Assembly: GCA_050248075.1 (NCBI GenBank)
Contig: JBFWTA010000001.1
Span: forward strand, 1 to 31,033
DNA: 31,033 nucleotides
Direction of reading: 5' to 3'
Source of the DNA: Bdellovibrionales bacterium
GTDB taxonomy: Bacteria; Pseudomonadota; Alphaproteobacteria; UBA9219
Made by a program: the position numbers and the translations under genes. Below are positions 7,640 through 15,832 of the stretch, one piece after another; within the stretch, counting starts at the first letter, position 1; every line of letters starts with the position of its first letter. Below the pieces are notes generated by a model. That model was not told the DNA's origin, did not search any database, and saw only the letters and a program-made list of their open reading frames with translations.

Positions 7640-8053
7640 ATGCATGAAAATTTTTTTGATCGTCATGAAAAAACCGAACGCTCGTCCGAACGCAGCTTCG
7701 GGCTCGTCATGGCGTGCTTTTTTCTCATCGTCGGAGGTTCTCAGCTCTATCATGATCGCGCCGGCGGATGGATCTGGCTGGGGGCGGCGGTCATGGCGGG
7801 CGTGCTTGCCCTGTTCGCCGCCTGGGCCTTGCGTATTCCGAACCGGCTTTGGGGACGGTTGGGGCTTCTGCTCGCGCACATCACGCAGCCGCTGATCCTT
7901 GGCGCTTTTTTCTATCTGGTGGTCGCGCCCATCGGGCTGCTGCTGCGTCTGGCCGGCAAGGACACGCTGGGCCACGCGCCGGATCCGTTGACGGTAAGCT
8001 ATTGGCGGCCCTATAGTAGCTCCAGCCAGGGCGATATGCGCAAACAATATTGA
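7640..8053 (+). CDS. SxtJ family membrane protein
   Basis: RSFGLVM, PNRLWGRLGLLLAHITQPLILGAFFYLVVAPIGLLLRLAGKD; directly upstream of DUF5989 and the carbamoyltransferase. Confidence 0.85.
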   Translation: MHENFFDRHEKTERSSERSFGLVMACFFLIVGGSQLYHDRAGGWIWLGAAVMAGVLALFAAWALRIPNRLWGRLGLLLAHITQPLILGAFFYLVVAPIGLLLRLAGKDTLGHAPDPLTVSYWRPYSSSSQGDMRKQY

Positions 8054-8099
8054 TGGGCGTCGTGCAAGCCGGCGGCTGGCGTATCGGCAGGAGGTTGGA

Positions 8100-8252
8100 A
8101 TGTCTGATTTTATAAAAGAGATAGCCGACTTTCTGATCGCCCGGCGCAAATACTGGCTGGCGCCGGCCTTCGCGACGGGCCTTTTGCTGGGCGGGTTGCT
8201 GGTGCTTGCCAAGGGATCGGCTGTCGCGCCCCTTATCTACGCCATTTTCTGA
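8100..8252 (+). CDS. DUF5989 / SxtK-like membrane microprotein (50 aa), below the ORF-track size cutoff
   Basis: Hand translation MSDFIKEIADFLIARRKYWLAPAFATGLLLGGLLVLAKGSAVAPLIYAIF*; GGAGG upstream; RKYWLAP...GS.VAP.IY..F signature. Confidence 0.88.
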   Translation: MSDFIKEIADFLIARRKYWLAPAFATGLLLGGLLVLAKGSAVAPLIYAIF

Positions 8253-8272
8253 TCACCGGCGGAGAGCGGATT

Positions 8273-10108
8273 TTGCGCATACTCGGCATTTCCGCCTTCT
8301 ACCATGACAGCGCCGCGGCGCTGGTGGAGAATGGGCGTATCGTCGCCGCCGCGCAGGAAGAGCGCTTTACGCGCAAGCGTCATGACGTGAATTACCCCGC
8401 CCGGTCGATCGCGTTTGTCCTCGAGGCCGGAAGATGCCGGGCCGCCGATCTCGACCATGTCGTTTTTTACGACAAGCCGTTTCTGAAATTCGAGCGCCTG
8501 CTTGAAACCTACATGGCCTTCTCGCCGCGGGGACGCAAATCTTTTTTCAAAGCGATGCCTCTATGGCTGCGCGAAAAACTTTTTCAGAAGCGCCTGCTGA
8601 TCAATGAACTGAAGGCGCTGGACGAAACCGCCGCCTGGGCCGACCGCCTGTTGTTTGCCGAGCATCACCAAAGTCATGCCGCCTCTGCGTTTTATCCTTC
8701 GCCGTTCGAGAAAGCGAATATTCTGACGATGGACGGCGTGGGCGAATGGGCGACCACGAGCCTGGCCACAGGTTCCGGCAACCGGATCACGATGCAAAAG
8801 GAAATTCATTTTCCGCACAGCCTTGGCCTGCTTTATTCGGCCTTCACCTACCATGCGGGATTCAAGGTCAATTCCGGCGAATACAAGCTCATGGGCCTCG
8901 CGCCCTATGGGGAGCCCCGGTACAGGCAGTTAATTCTGGACAATCTCATCGATATCAAGCGCGACGGATCGTTCAGGCTGAACATGAAGTATTTCGACTA
9001 TTGCACCGGCCTGACGATGACCAACGCGCATTTCGACGAATTGTTCGGCGCAAAGCCGCGCAGTCCCGAATCCGCCCTGACTCAGCGGGAAATGGATCTC
9101 GCGGCTTCGGTTCAGGCGGTGCTCGAGGAGGCGGTCCTGCGTCTCGCGAAAGCGGCGGTTCAGGAGAGCGGAATTCGCAATCTGTGTCTGGCGGGCGGTG
9201 TCGCGCTGAACTGCGTGGCGAACGGCCGGCTGCTTCGCGAAGGCGTTGTCGACGATCTGTGGGTCCAGCCGGCGGCCGGCGATGCCGGCGGCGCGATCGG
9301 CGCGGCATTGGCGGCGGCCCATATGCAGTTCGGATTGCCGCGTCGGGTCGGGGAGGGGGACGCGATGGCGGGCGGTTTGCTCGGTCCCGCCTACAGCAAC
9401 GGGCAGATCGTTGAAGATTTGCAGGCCATGGACGCGGATTTCGAGATTGTCGATGACGACCAGTTGATCGAGACGGCGGCGGCGGCGCTTGAAACAGGAA
9501 AAGTCGTCGGCTGGTTTCAGGGACGGATGGAGTTTGGCCCGCGCGCGCTCGGCGCGCGTTCCATTCTGGCCGATCCCCGGCTGCCCTCCATGCAAAAAAC
9601 GCTCAATCTGAAGATCAAGTTCCGTGAATCTTTCCGGCCCTTCGCGCCGGCGGTGCTGCGGGAAGACGTGGACGACTATTTTGATTTCGATAAAGACAGC
9701 CCCTATATGCTGATCGTCGCGCCGGTGAAGGAAAACCGCCGCCTTGCGGTTAACGAAAATGAGAAAACATTGTTTGGAATCGACCGGCTTAAGGTGGCCC
9801 GATCCGAGATTCCCGCCGTGACGCATGTTGATTTTTCCTCCCGCATTCAGACCGTCGATAAGGAAACAAACCCGCGTTTCCACGCGCTTTTGACGGCATT
9901 CAAGAGCAAAACCGGCTGCAGCGTGCTCGTCAATACGAGTTTTAACGTGCGCGGCGAGCCTATCGTCTCATCGCCGGAAGACGCCTATCGCTGTTTTCTG
10001 AGTACGGATATGGATATTCTGGCGATCGGCAATTGCATTTTGCGCAAGGAAGCGCAACGTCACCGGATGACGCCCGACATGCATCTGTCGAATTATGAAC
10101 TGGACTAG
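8273..10108 (+). CDS. O-carbamoyltransferase, NodU/CmcH/TobZ/SxtI family
   Basis: TTG start after GGAGA; ILGISAFYHDSAAA, EHHQSHAASA, MDGVGE, AGDAG (Kae1-like domain); GRMEFGPRALGARSIL, KFRESFRPFAP, NTSFN (YrdC-like domain). Confidence 0.95.
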   Translation: MRILGISAFYHDSAAALVENGRIVAAAQEERFTRKRHDVNYPARSIAFVLEAGRCRAADLDHVVFYDKPFLKFERLLETYMAFSPRGRKSFFKAMPLWLREKLFQKRLLINELKALDETAAWADRLLFAEHHQSHAASAFYPSPFEKANILTMDGVGEWATTSLATGSGNRITMQKEIHFPHSLGLLYSAFTYHAGFKVNSGEYKLMGLAPYGEPRYRQLILDNLIDIKRDGSFRLNMKYFDYCTGLTMTNAHFDELFGAKPRSPESALTQREMDLAASVQAVLEEAVLRLAKAAVQESGIRNLCLAGGVALNCVANGRLLREGVVDDLWVQPAAGDAGGAIGAALAAAHMQFGLPRRVGEGDAMAGGLLGPAYSNGQIVEDLQAMDADFEIVDDDQLIETAAAALETGKVVGWFQGRMEFGPRALGARSILADPRLPSMQKTLNLKIKFRESFRPFAPAVLREDVDDYFDFDKDSPYMLIVAPVKENRRLAVNENEKTLFGIDRLKVARSEIPAVTHVDFSSRIQTVDKETNPRFHALLTAFKSKTGCSVLVNTSFNVRGEPIVSSPEDAYRCFLSTDMDILAIGNCILRKEAQRHRMTPDMHLSNYELD

Positions 10109-10111
10109 CGA

Positions 10112-11125
10112 ATGACCGGCTCTTTGGCAAAACTGGAACAGCCGCAGGAAGACATCCAGTCCTGGCCGCCATCCGGCCGGGACTGGATGGACGACGTTTT
10201 TATCTGCCCGAAAACGGGCGGAACCTTGCACGACGGATATGTTGTCGAGGACGGCATCCTGCGGGCCTTCGTGGATGACGAGGCCGAAACAGACCGGGTT
10301 AGCGGAACCGTAAAAAGCTTTTACGAAGACGCGCCGTTTCCGAACTACAATGACTTCGACAGCATAGGCTCATTCATCAAAAGCGCCCGATCCAACATCT
10401 TCGTGAAGATGTTGGGCGGGGAGATCGCGAAGGGCCAGGTCGTGCTGGAGGTCGGCTGCGGCACGGGCCAGCTTTCCAATTATCTTGCCGCCACTTCGTT
10501 CGCGCGAGTCATCGCGGCCGACATGACCATGGCGTCGCTGCGGCTTGGCGTTCGGTTCGCGAGAAACAATCATATTTCCCGCGTAAGGTTTGTTCAGATG
10601 AATCTTTTCCGGCCGTGCATCAGGCCGGGAACCGTCGATGTCCTTATTTCAAACGGCGTTTTGCACCACACGGCCGATACGCGCAAGGCCTTCGGCTGTG
10701 CCGCGAAACTGGTCAAGAGCGGCGGGCATCTCGTGATCGGACTGTATAACACGATCGGGAGACTGCATACCGATATGCGGCGGTCCCTTTACAAGGCGTT
10801 CGGGCCATCCGTTCTCGGGCTGGATCCGCATCTTCGGAAAAATATTTCACCGGAGAAGCGCCGGGCGTGGATTCGCGATCAATACGAACATCCGTGCGAG
10901 CGCAAGCACCGGATGGACGAGGTGCTGCGCTGGTTCAGCGAGGAGAATGTCGAGTTTGTTTCATCCGTTCCCAGCATCGGCGAACCGTTCAGCGATCGGG
11001 AGAGACTGTTCGAGAAGCGATCGCCGGGATCGCGCGCCGAGCGTTTTTTGGCCGAAGCCGGAATGCTGTTTGGAAGTTATGGCGGCGAAGGCGGCCTGTT
11101 CATCATGATTGGCCGAAAAAAATAA
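10112..11125 (+). CDS. class I SAM-dependent methyltransferase with a short Trm112-like N-terminal segment
   Basis: Motif I VLEVGCGTG, VIAADMT, GVLHHT; N-terminal FICPKTGGTL; FYEDAPFPNY and DQYEHP motifs; starts 3 nt after the carbamoyltransferase stop. Confidence 0.85.
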   Translation: MTGSLAKLEQPQEDIQSWPPSGRDWMDDVFICPKTGGTLHDGYVVEDGILRAFVDDEAETDRVSGTVKSFYEDAPFPNYNDFDSIGSFIKSARSNIFVKMLGGEIAKGQVVLEVGCGTGQLSNYLAATSFARVIAADMTMASLRLGVRFARNNHISRVRFVQMNLFRPCIRPGTVDVLISNGVLHHTADTRKAFGCAAKLVKSGGHLVIGLYNTIGRLHTDMRRSLYKAFGPSVLGLDPHLRKNISPEKRRAWIRDQYEHPCERKHRMDEVLRWFSEENVEFVSSVPSIGEPFSDRERLFEKRSPGSRAERFLAEAGMLFGSYGGEGGLFIMIGRKK

Positions 11126-11145
11126 ACTGCAGACGCAACCGGAAC

Positions 11146-12100
11146 ATGAAAATCTTTGGCAAATGGGCGGATCTTGCCCTCATCAAATTTCCGGTGTTTT
11201 TGCCGATCGCGTATCTGTCGATTCTGTTCGGTTTGCCCGAGGCCGGCCCCATGCTTGCTCTCGCCACGATGATTATCCTGGCCGAGCCGCATTTCGGCGC
11301 CACGTGGACTATCTTTTTCGATCGAAGGCTGAGGGAATACGCGAATTCAAGAAAGACAGCCTTCGTATGGGCGAGTGTCTTTCTTGTCCTCGTGTCCGTA
11401 TTTCTGTTTGTTTTTTTTACAGCCCGCTTTTTACCTGATGTTTTTTGCCCTGAATATTTATCATGTCACCAGGCAGAGCGTGGGTGTCTGCAAGCTGTAT
11501 TCACGGGACGCTGACGAAAAGAAATTTCAGGAGCGCATGATATATATTTTTAATTCGGTCGCGGCCTTTATCGCGATTGCCTATTTGATGGTAGGGGCGA
11601 TAGACGGTAAAATGGCCGCCATGGCCGGAAGCGCATATCTGGCGGCGATTCTGGCCGTGTCCCTTTACCAGCAGGCAAAATACAAAAATCTGGAAAATAC
11701 CCTCACGACGGTCACCGGCTTGATCATTTTTGCTCCGGCGTTTTTCGTGGACAAGCCGATCCATGCAATTCTGGCGGGCGTGACGATGCATTATAGCCAA
11801 TACATCTGCTTCACCCTGAAGCTGTATGCGAAAAAGGCGCAGAAGACGCAGGAAGGGCCGTTGGCGCCAGCGGCGCTTGTTCGTCCTGCTTCCATCGCAA
11901 AATTCTTTCTTGTGATAGCGATATATGGGGGCCTTGCGGTGCTGATGACGTATTCTTTCTCCGATCGCGAAGTCCCGCTGAAATATCTCATCCTGATTCC
12001 CATGCTCGGCCAGATATTGCATTTTTATCTCGACGGCCTGCTTTGGCGCTTTGGTCGCCCGGAGCTTCGGGAGTTCAATCTGAAATATCTGGTATCCTGA
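11146..12100 (+). pseudogene. multi-TM membrane protein with four His motifs, split by a +1 frameshift at T8 (11411-11418); 317 aa if T7; may be an assembly error
   Basis: Frame of ORF 10867..11514 (MKIFGKW...VFLFVF) continues in the frame of ORF 11375..12100 (LQPAFYLMFFALNIYHVTRQSVG...); removing one T joins them. Confidence 0.75.
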
Positions 12101-12199
12101 TGCCTGAACCGGGGCGAGGCCCGACGCCGGTGCGGGAATATTATGGAAGCGGACGGGCAAATCGTGGCCACAGGCAAGGCGCGCTCCGGCTGCGGACCG

Positions 12200-12219
12200 G
12201 TCCGGCCGTTCGGCCGGAC
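12200..12219. repeat. GC-rich hairpin GTCCGGCC-GTTC-GGCCGGAC
   Basis: Perfect 8-bp inverted repeat in the gap between the membrane-protein gene and opgC; no U-tract. Confidence 0.35.
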
Positions 12220-12322
12220 TGAAATCCGGCCCGCCCGGCATTAGACCCTTCACGCATGCCTTCGCCTGCATTACGCTGCGGCCGACATCGTCCGATCCAC
12301 CAGGCCCGCCCGCGCTTATTCC

Positions 12323-13462
12323 ATGACATCGCCTTCATGCCCTCCGCGTATCCTGCCGGTCGATTTCTGGCGAGGCGTCTGCCTGCTGATGATTTTCGTC
12401 AACCATATTCCGGATAATCCCTTGTCTTTTTTCACCCTGCGTAACTGGGGGTTCTCGGACGCGGCGGAAATATTCGTGTTTCTTGCGGGGTTCAGCGCGG
12501 CGTTGTCGTTCGAAAAATATTTCCGCAAGGGCGGCTTTTTATGCGGCGTGCTGCGGGTGGCGCGGCGCACATGGCAGCTGTTCTGCGCCCATGTGCTGCT
12601 TATTTTTGCGCTGTCGCTGGTGATCGCCGTCGCCGGCATTTTCACGGACAGCAAGCCGATCATGGAACAGCTTAATTTTTCGCCGTTCTTTGTCGAGACG
12701 GACGTAGCGATTCTGCGTCTGGTGCGCCTGCAATACATGCCGAGCATGACGGACATACTGCCGATCTATATTGTCTTCGTCGCGATGTTTCCGGCCATAT
12801 GGCTGCTGATGCGGTTTTCGCCCTATGCGGCGCTGGCGGCATCCTTCGCGATGTGGCTTTGGACGAATGCGACGGGATACAGTTTCCCCAATTACCCCGA
12901 AGGGTCGACGTGGTTTTTTAATCCCCTGGCCTGGCAGTTCATGTTCGTGGCGGGGGTTTTCGTCGCCAATCACGGAAACAGGGGAGCGGACATCCTGCGC
13001 TCCAGATTCCTTGTGTTTCTGTCAGCGGGCGTGGTGCTTGCCGGCATTCTGGCCGCCGCGCCCTGGGTGCATTACGTGCCGTGGTCGGGGGTGCGCCTGA
13101 TTCCGGCCGAATATTTGTCTCTGGACAACAAAGGCAACCTGTCCGCCGTGCGAATCTTGCATTTCGCGGCTCTTCTGTTTCTGGCGGCCCGCCTGTTGCC
13201 GCGCGCGGGCGGTGTCTGGAAAACGCCGGGCGCCCGACTGATGATCGCCGTGGGGCAGCAGCCTTTGCCGGTCTATTGCATGGGGGTTGTGCTGGCGCAA
13301 TCGGCACATATTTTCCTGCGCATGCGCGGGGCCGGCATGGCGGAAACGATCCTGGTCGTCGCGGCGGGGATGGCGGCGCTTGTCGCCTTGGCTCTTGCGC
13401 TTAAAAAGTCACTCGTCATACTGCGCCGTGCAGACCTTCAGCCGACAGGGGTGTCGCCATGA
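12323..13462 (+). CDS. opgC: OpgC family membrane protein (periplasmic glucan succinyltransferase-like)
   Basis: VDFWRGVCLLMIFVNHIP, GFSDAAEIFVFLAG, DILPIYI, WFFNPLAWQFMF, GQQPLPVY. Confidence 0.85.
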   Translation: MTSPSCPPRILPVDFWRGVCLLMIFVNHIPDNPLSFFTLRNWGFSDAAEIFVFLAGFSAALSFEKYFRKGGFLCGVLRVARRTWQLFCAHVLLIFALSLVIAVAGIFTDSKPIMEQLNFSPFFVETDVAILRLVRLQYMPSMTDILPIYIVFVAMFPAIWLLMRFSPYAALAASFAMWLWTNATGYSFPNYPEGSTWFFNPLAWQFMFVAGVFVANHGNRGADILRSRFLVFLSAGVVLAGILAAAPWVHYVPWSGVRLIPAEYLSLDNKGNLSAVRILHFAALLFLAARLLPRAGGVWKTPGARLMIAVGQQPLPVYCMGVVLAQSAHIFLRMRGAGMAETILVVAAGMAALVALALALKKSLVILRRADLQPTGVSP

Positions 13463-14922
13463 GCATCGGGTTGTTTTCGAGAACGGGTTTAGGGGTGTTA
13501 TCGTTCGTTCTGGCGGTCGCCGGCCTGTCCCTGCCGGCCCATGCCGCCGCCGCGACACTGGTTTCGCCGTTTTCGGGCTGGGGTTACAGCGTGCTGGCGG
13601 TTTTCGGCCTTGCCTATGCGCTCGTTTTCGCCGAGGAACGCCTGCATCTCCGCAAATCGAAGCCGGTTCTGGTGGCGGCGGGAATAATCTGGATTTTCGT
13701 CGCGCTGGCTTATGCGGAAAGAGGCCACGGCGACCGGGCCGCCGAGATCCTGCGCCATAACGCGCTCGAGTATGCCGAGCTTCTGTTCTTCCTTCTGGCC
13801 GCCATGAGTTACATTAACTCCATGGTCGAGCGCGGTGTGTTCGACCTCTTGCGCCAGCGGCTCGTTTCGGCGGGATTTTCCTATTACAAGCTGTTCTGGG
13901 TAACCGGCATCCTAGCCTTCGTCATATCGCCGATCGCCGACAACCTGACAACGGCGCTGGTAATGGGAACGGTCGTTCTGGCCGTGGGCGGCAATCACCG
14001 GAAATTCATCACCGGCGCCTGCGTCAATATCGTGGTCGCCGCGAATGCCGGCGGCGCCTTTTCGCCGTTCGGCGACATCACGACCCTGATGATCTGGCAG
14101 AAAGGCGTTGTTTCGTTCGGCGAGTTTTTTGCGCTGTTCGTTCCGTCGCTGGCGAACTGGCTGGTTCCCGCCGCCTTGATCAGCATCACCATGCCGAAGG
14201 GAAAACCCAAGGCCGGCGGCGACGATGCCGTCGTGAAGCGGGGCGGTTTTACGATCGTCGCACTTTTCCTGCTGACGATTTCGGGGACGGTTCTTCTGCA
14301 TCACATGCTGGAACTGCCGCCGTTTCTTGGCATGATGCTCGGGCTCGGTATGCTCAAGGTCTACGGTTATTTTCTGCACCAGATGGAGACGAAGCTGGCG
14401 GGGGGCCGGGCGGCGAGCGGCAAAACCGGCATGTCCTTCGAGGACACCGCGATGCCGCAACAGGTCGGCAAGCCCTATGATGCATTCGACAGCCTGCGCG
14501 AGGTGGAGTGGGATACGTTGCTTTTCTTCTACGGCATCATTTTGTGCGTCGGCGGGCTGGGGGCGATGGGGTATCTGGAACTGCTGTCGCGGTTCCTTTA
14601 TGTCGATCTTGGGGCAACCGCCGCCAATATCACGATCGGCATTCTGTCGGCCATTGTCGATAATATTCCACTTACTTTTGCCGTGCTCAGCATGCAGCCC
14701 CAGATGGATATGGGGCAATGGCTTTTGCTGACGCTGACGGCCGGAACCGGCGGCTCGCTGCTGGCCATCGGTTCGGCAGCGGGCGTGGCGCTGATGGGAC
14801 TGGGGAAGGGAGGCTATACATTTGCTTCCCATCTTAAATGGACATGGGCCATTCTGCTGGGGTATGGCGCCAGTGTCCTTGTGCATATACTTTTGAACAA
14901 GGGTTTGTTTACCGGCGGATAA
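13459..14922 (+). CDS. nhaD: Na+/H+ antiporter NhaD
   Basis: EERLHLRKSKPVLVAAG, SPIADNLTTAL, AANAGGAFSPFGDITTLMIW, SAIVDNIP, GTGGSLLAIGSAAGVALMG; ATGA overlap with opgC. Confidence 0.92.
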   Translation: MSIGLFSRTGLGVLSFVLAVAGLSLPAHAAAATLVSPFSGWGYSVLAVFGLAYALVFAEERLHLRKSKPVLVAAGIIWIFVALAYAERGHGDRAAEILRHNALEYAELLFFLLAAMSYINSMVERGVFDLLRQRLVSAGFSYYKLFWVTGILAFVISPIADNLTTALVMGTVVLAVGGNHRKFITGACVNIVVAANAGGAFSPFGDITTLMIWQKGVVSFGEFFALFVPSLANWLVPAALISITMPKGKPKAGGDDAVVKRGGFTIVALFLLTISGTVLLHHMLELPPFLGMMLGLGMLKVYGYFLHQMETKLAGGRAASGKTGMSFEDTAMPQQVGKPYDAFDSLREVEWDTLLFFYGIILCVGGLGAMGYLELLSRFLYVDLGATAANITIGILSAIVDNIPLTFAVLSMQPQMDMGQWLLLTLTAGTGGSLLAIGSAAGVALMGLGKGGYTFASHLKWTWAILLGYGASVLVHILLNKGLFTGG

Positions 14923-14937
14923 CCGGCGGGTTATCCG
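14916..14937. terminator. hairpin spanning the convergent nhaD and argB stop codons (possible bidirectional terminator)
   Basis: CGGATAACC-GGCG-GGTTATCCG perfect 9-bp stem. Confidence 0.45.
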
Positions 14938-15806
14938 ATCTTTGCCTGAAACAGCGTGCCCAGCCCTTCATGGGTCAGCATTTCGGCGAGAATGGCCCAG
15001 GGGGTGAAGCCATCAATGATGGCGACGCCGCCGACGCCTTCTTTCACCACCCATAAGGCACTTTCGACTTTCGGGATCATACCGCCGGTGATGACGCCTT
15101 CGGCGATAAGCTGGGACGCCATTTCCTCGTCGATGGCGGGGATGCGCTTGCGGCGCTGATCAAGCACGCCGGCGACGTTGGTGACGAGGATCAGGCGCTT
15201 GGCGGCGAGCGCGATGGCGACGGCCATTGCGTAATCGTCGCCGTTGATGTTGTAGAGCGTCTTGCCGTCGCGGCCGAGGCCGACGGAATGCAGCACGACG
15301 ATGCGGCCCTTGTCGAGAACGCGCTTGAGCTCGTCGGCCGAGACGGCGACCGGCTTGCCGCTCCGATTATGCTCGGCGGCGTCAGGGTCGATGGGCGCGG
15401 CCTGCACGAAATAGCGCGGATGGCGCGCGGCGATGAGGATTTTTTCCTTACGGCAGCCTTCTTCCACGAGCGCGGCCGCCACCTTGCGGTTCATCTCGTT
15501 CATCACGCTGCGGACCACCTGCATGGCGCGCGGCGAGGTGATGCGGCGGCCGTCGAGCGATTTTTCGATCTCGATTTTCTTTTTTCGCAAGGCCTGGTCG
15601 ATCTGCGGCCCGCCGCCATGGATAAGCACCACGCGGACGCCGTTGGCGCGCAGGAATTTAACCTGCCTCGCGATCTTGGTGAGGAAATATTCGTCTTCGG
15701 CGATCGAATTGCCGCCGATTTTGATGACGATGGTGCGATGCTCGTAGGCATCGAGCTCATTCATCAGTTCGCCGATTTGCTCAAGCGTCGGAGTTTTTTT
15801 CTTCAT
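14931..15806 (-). CDS. argB: acetylglutamate kinase (amino-acid kinase family)
   Basis: IVIKIGG, IHGGGPQI, RIT, NINGD, LVTNVAGVL, GVITGGMIPKV, IIDG..P..IL.E..T..G.GT. Confidence 0.85.
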   Translation of the reverse strand: MKKKTPTLEQIGELMNELDAYEHRTIVIKIGGNSIAEDEYFLTKIARQVKFLRANGVRVVLIHGGGPQIDQALRKKKIEIEKSLDGRRITSPRAMQVVRSVMNEMNRKVAAALVEEGCRKEKILIAARHPRYFVQAAPIDPDAAEHNRSGKPVAVSADELKRVLDKGRIVVLHSVGLGRDGKTLYNINGDDYAMAVAIALAAKRLILVTNVAGVLDQRRKRIPAIDEEMASQLIAEGVITGGMIPKVESALWVVKEGVGGVAIIDGFTPWAILAEMLTHEGLGTLFQAKIG

Positions 15807-15832
15807 AGCATTCCATGGCCAGCCGGGATTCC

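Noticed and set aside
6324-10108. Saxitoxin biosynthesis
   Set aside because: Only sxtI/J/K/L-like accessory genes are present; no sxtA, sxtG or other scaffold genes are in the window.
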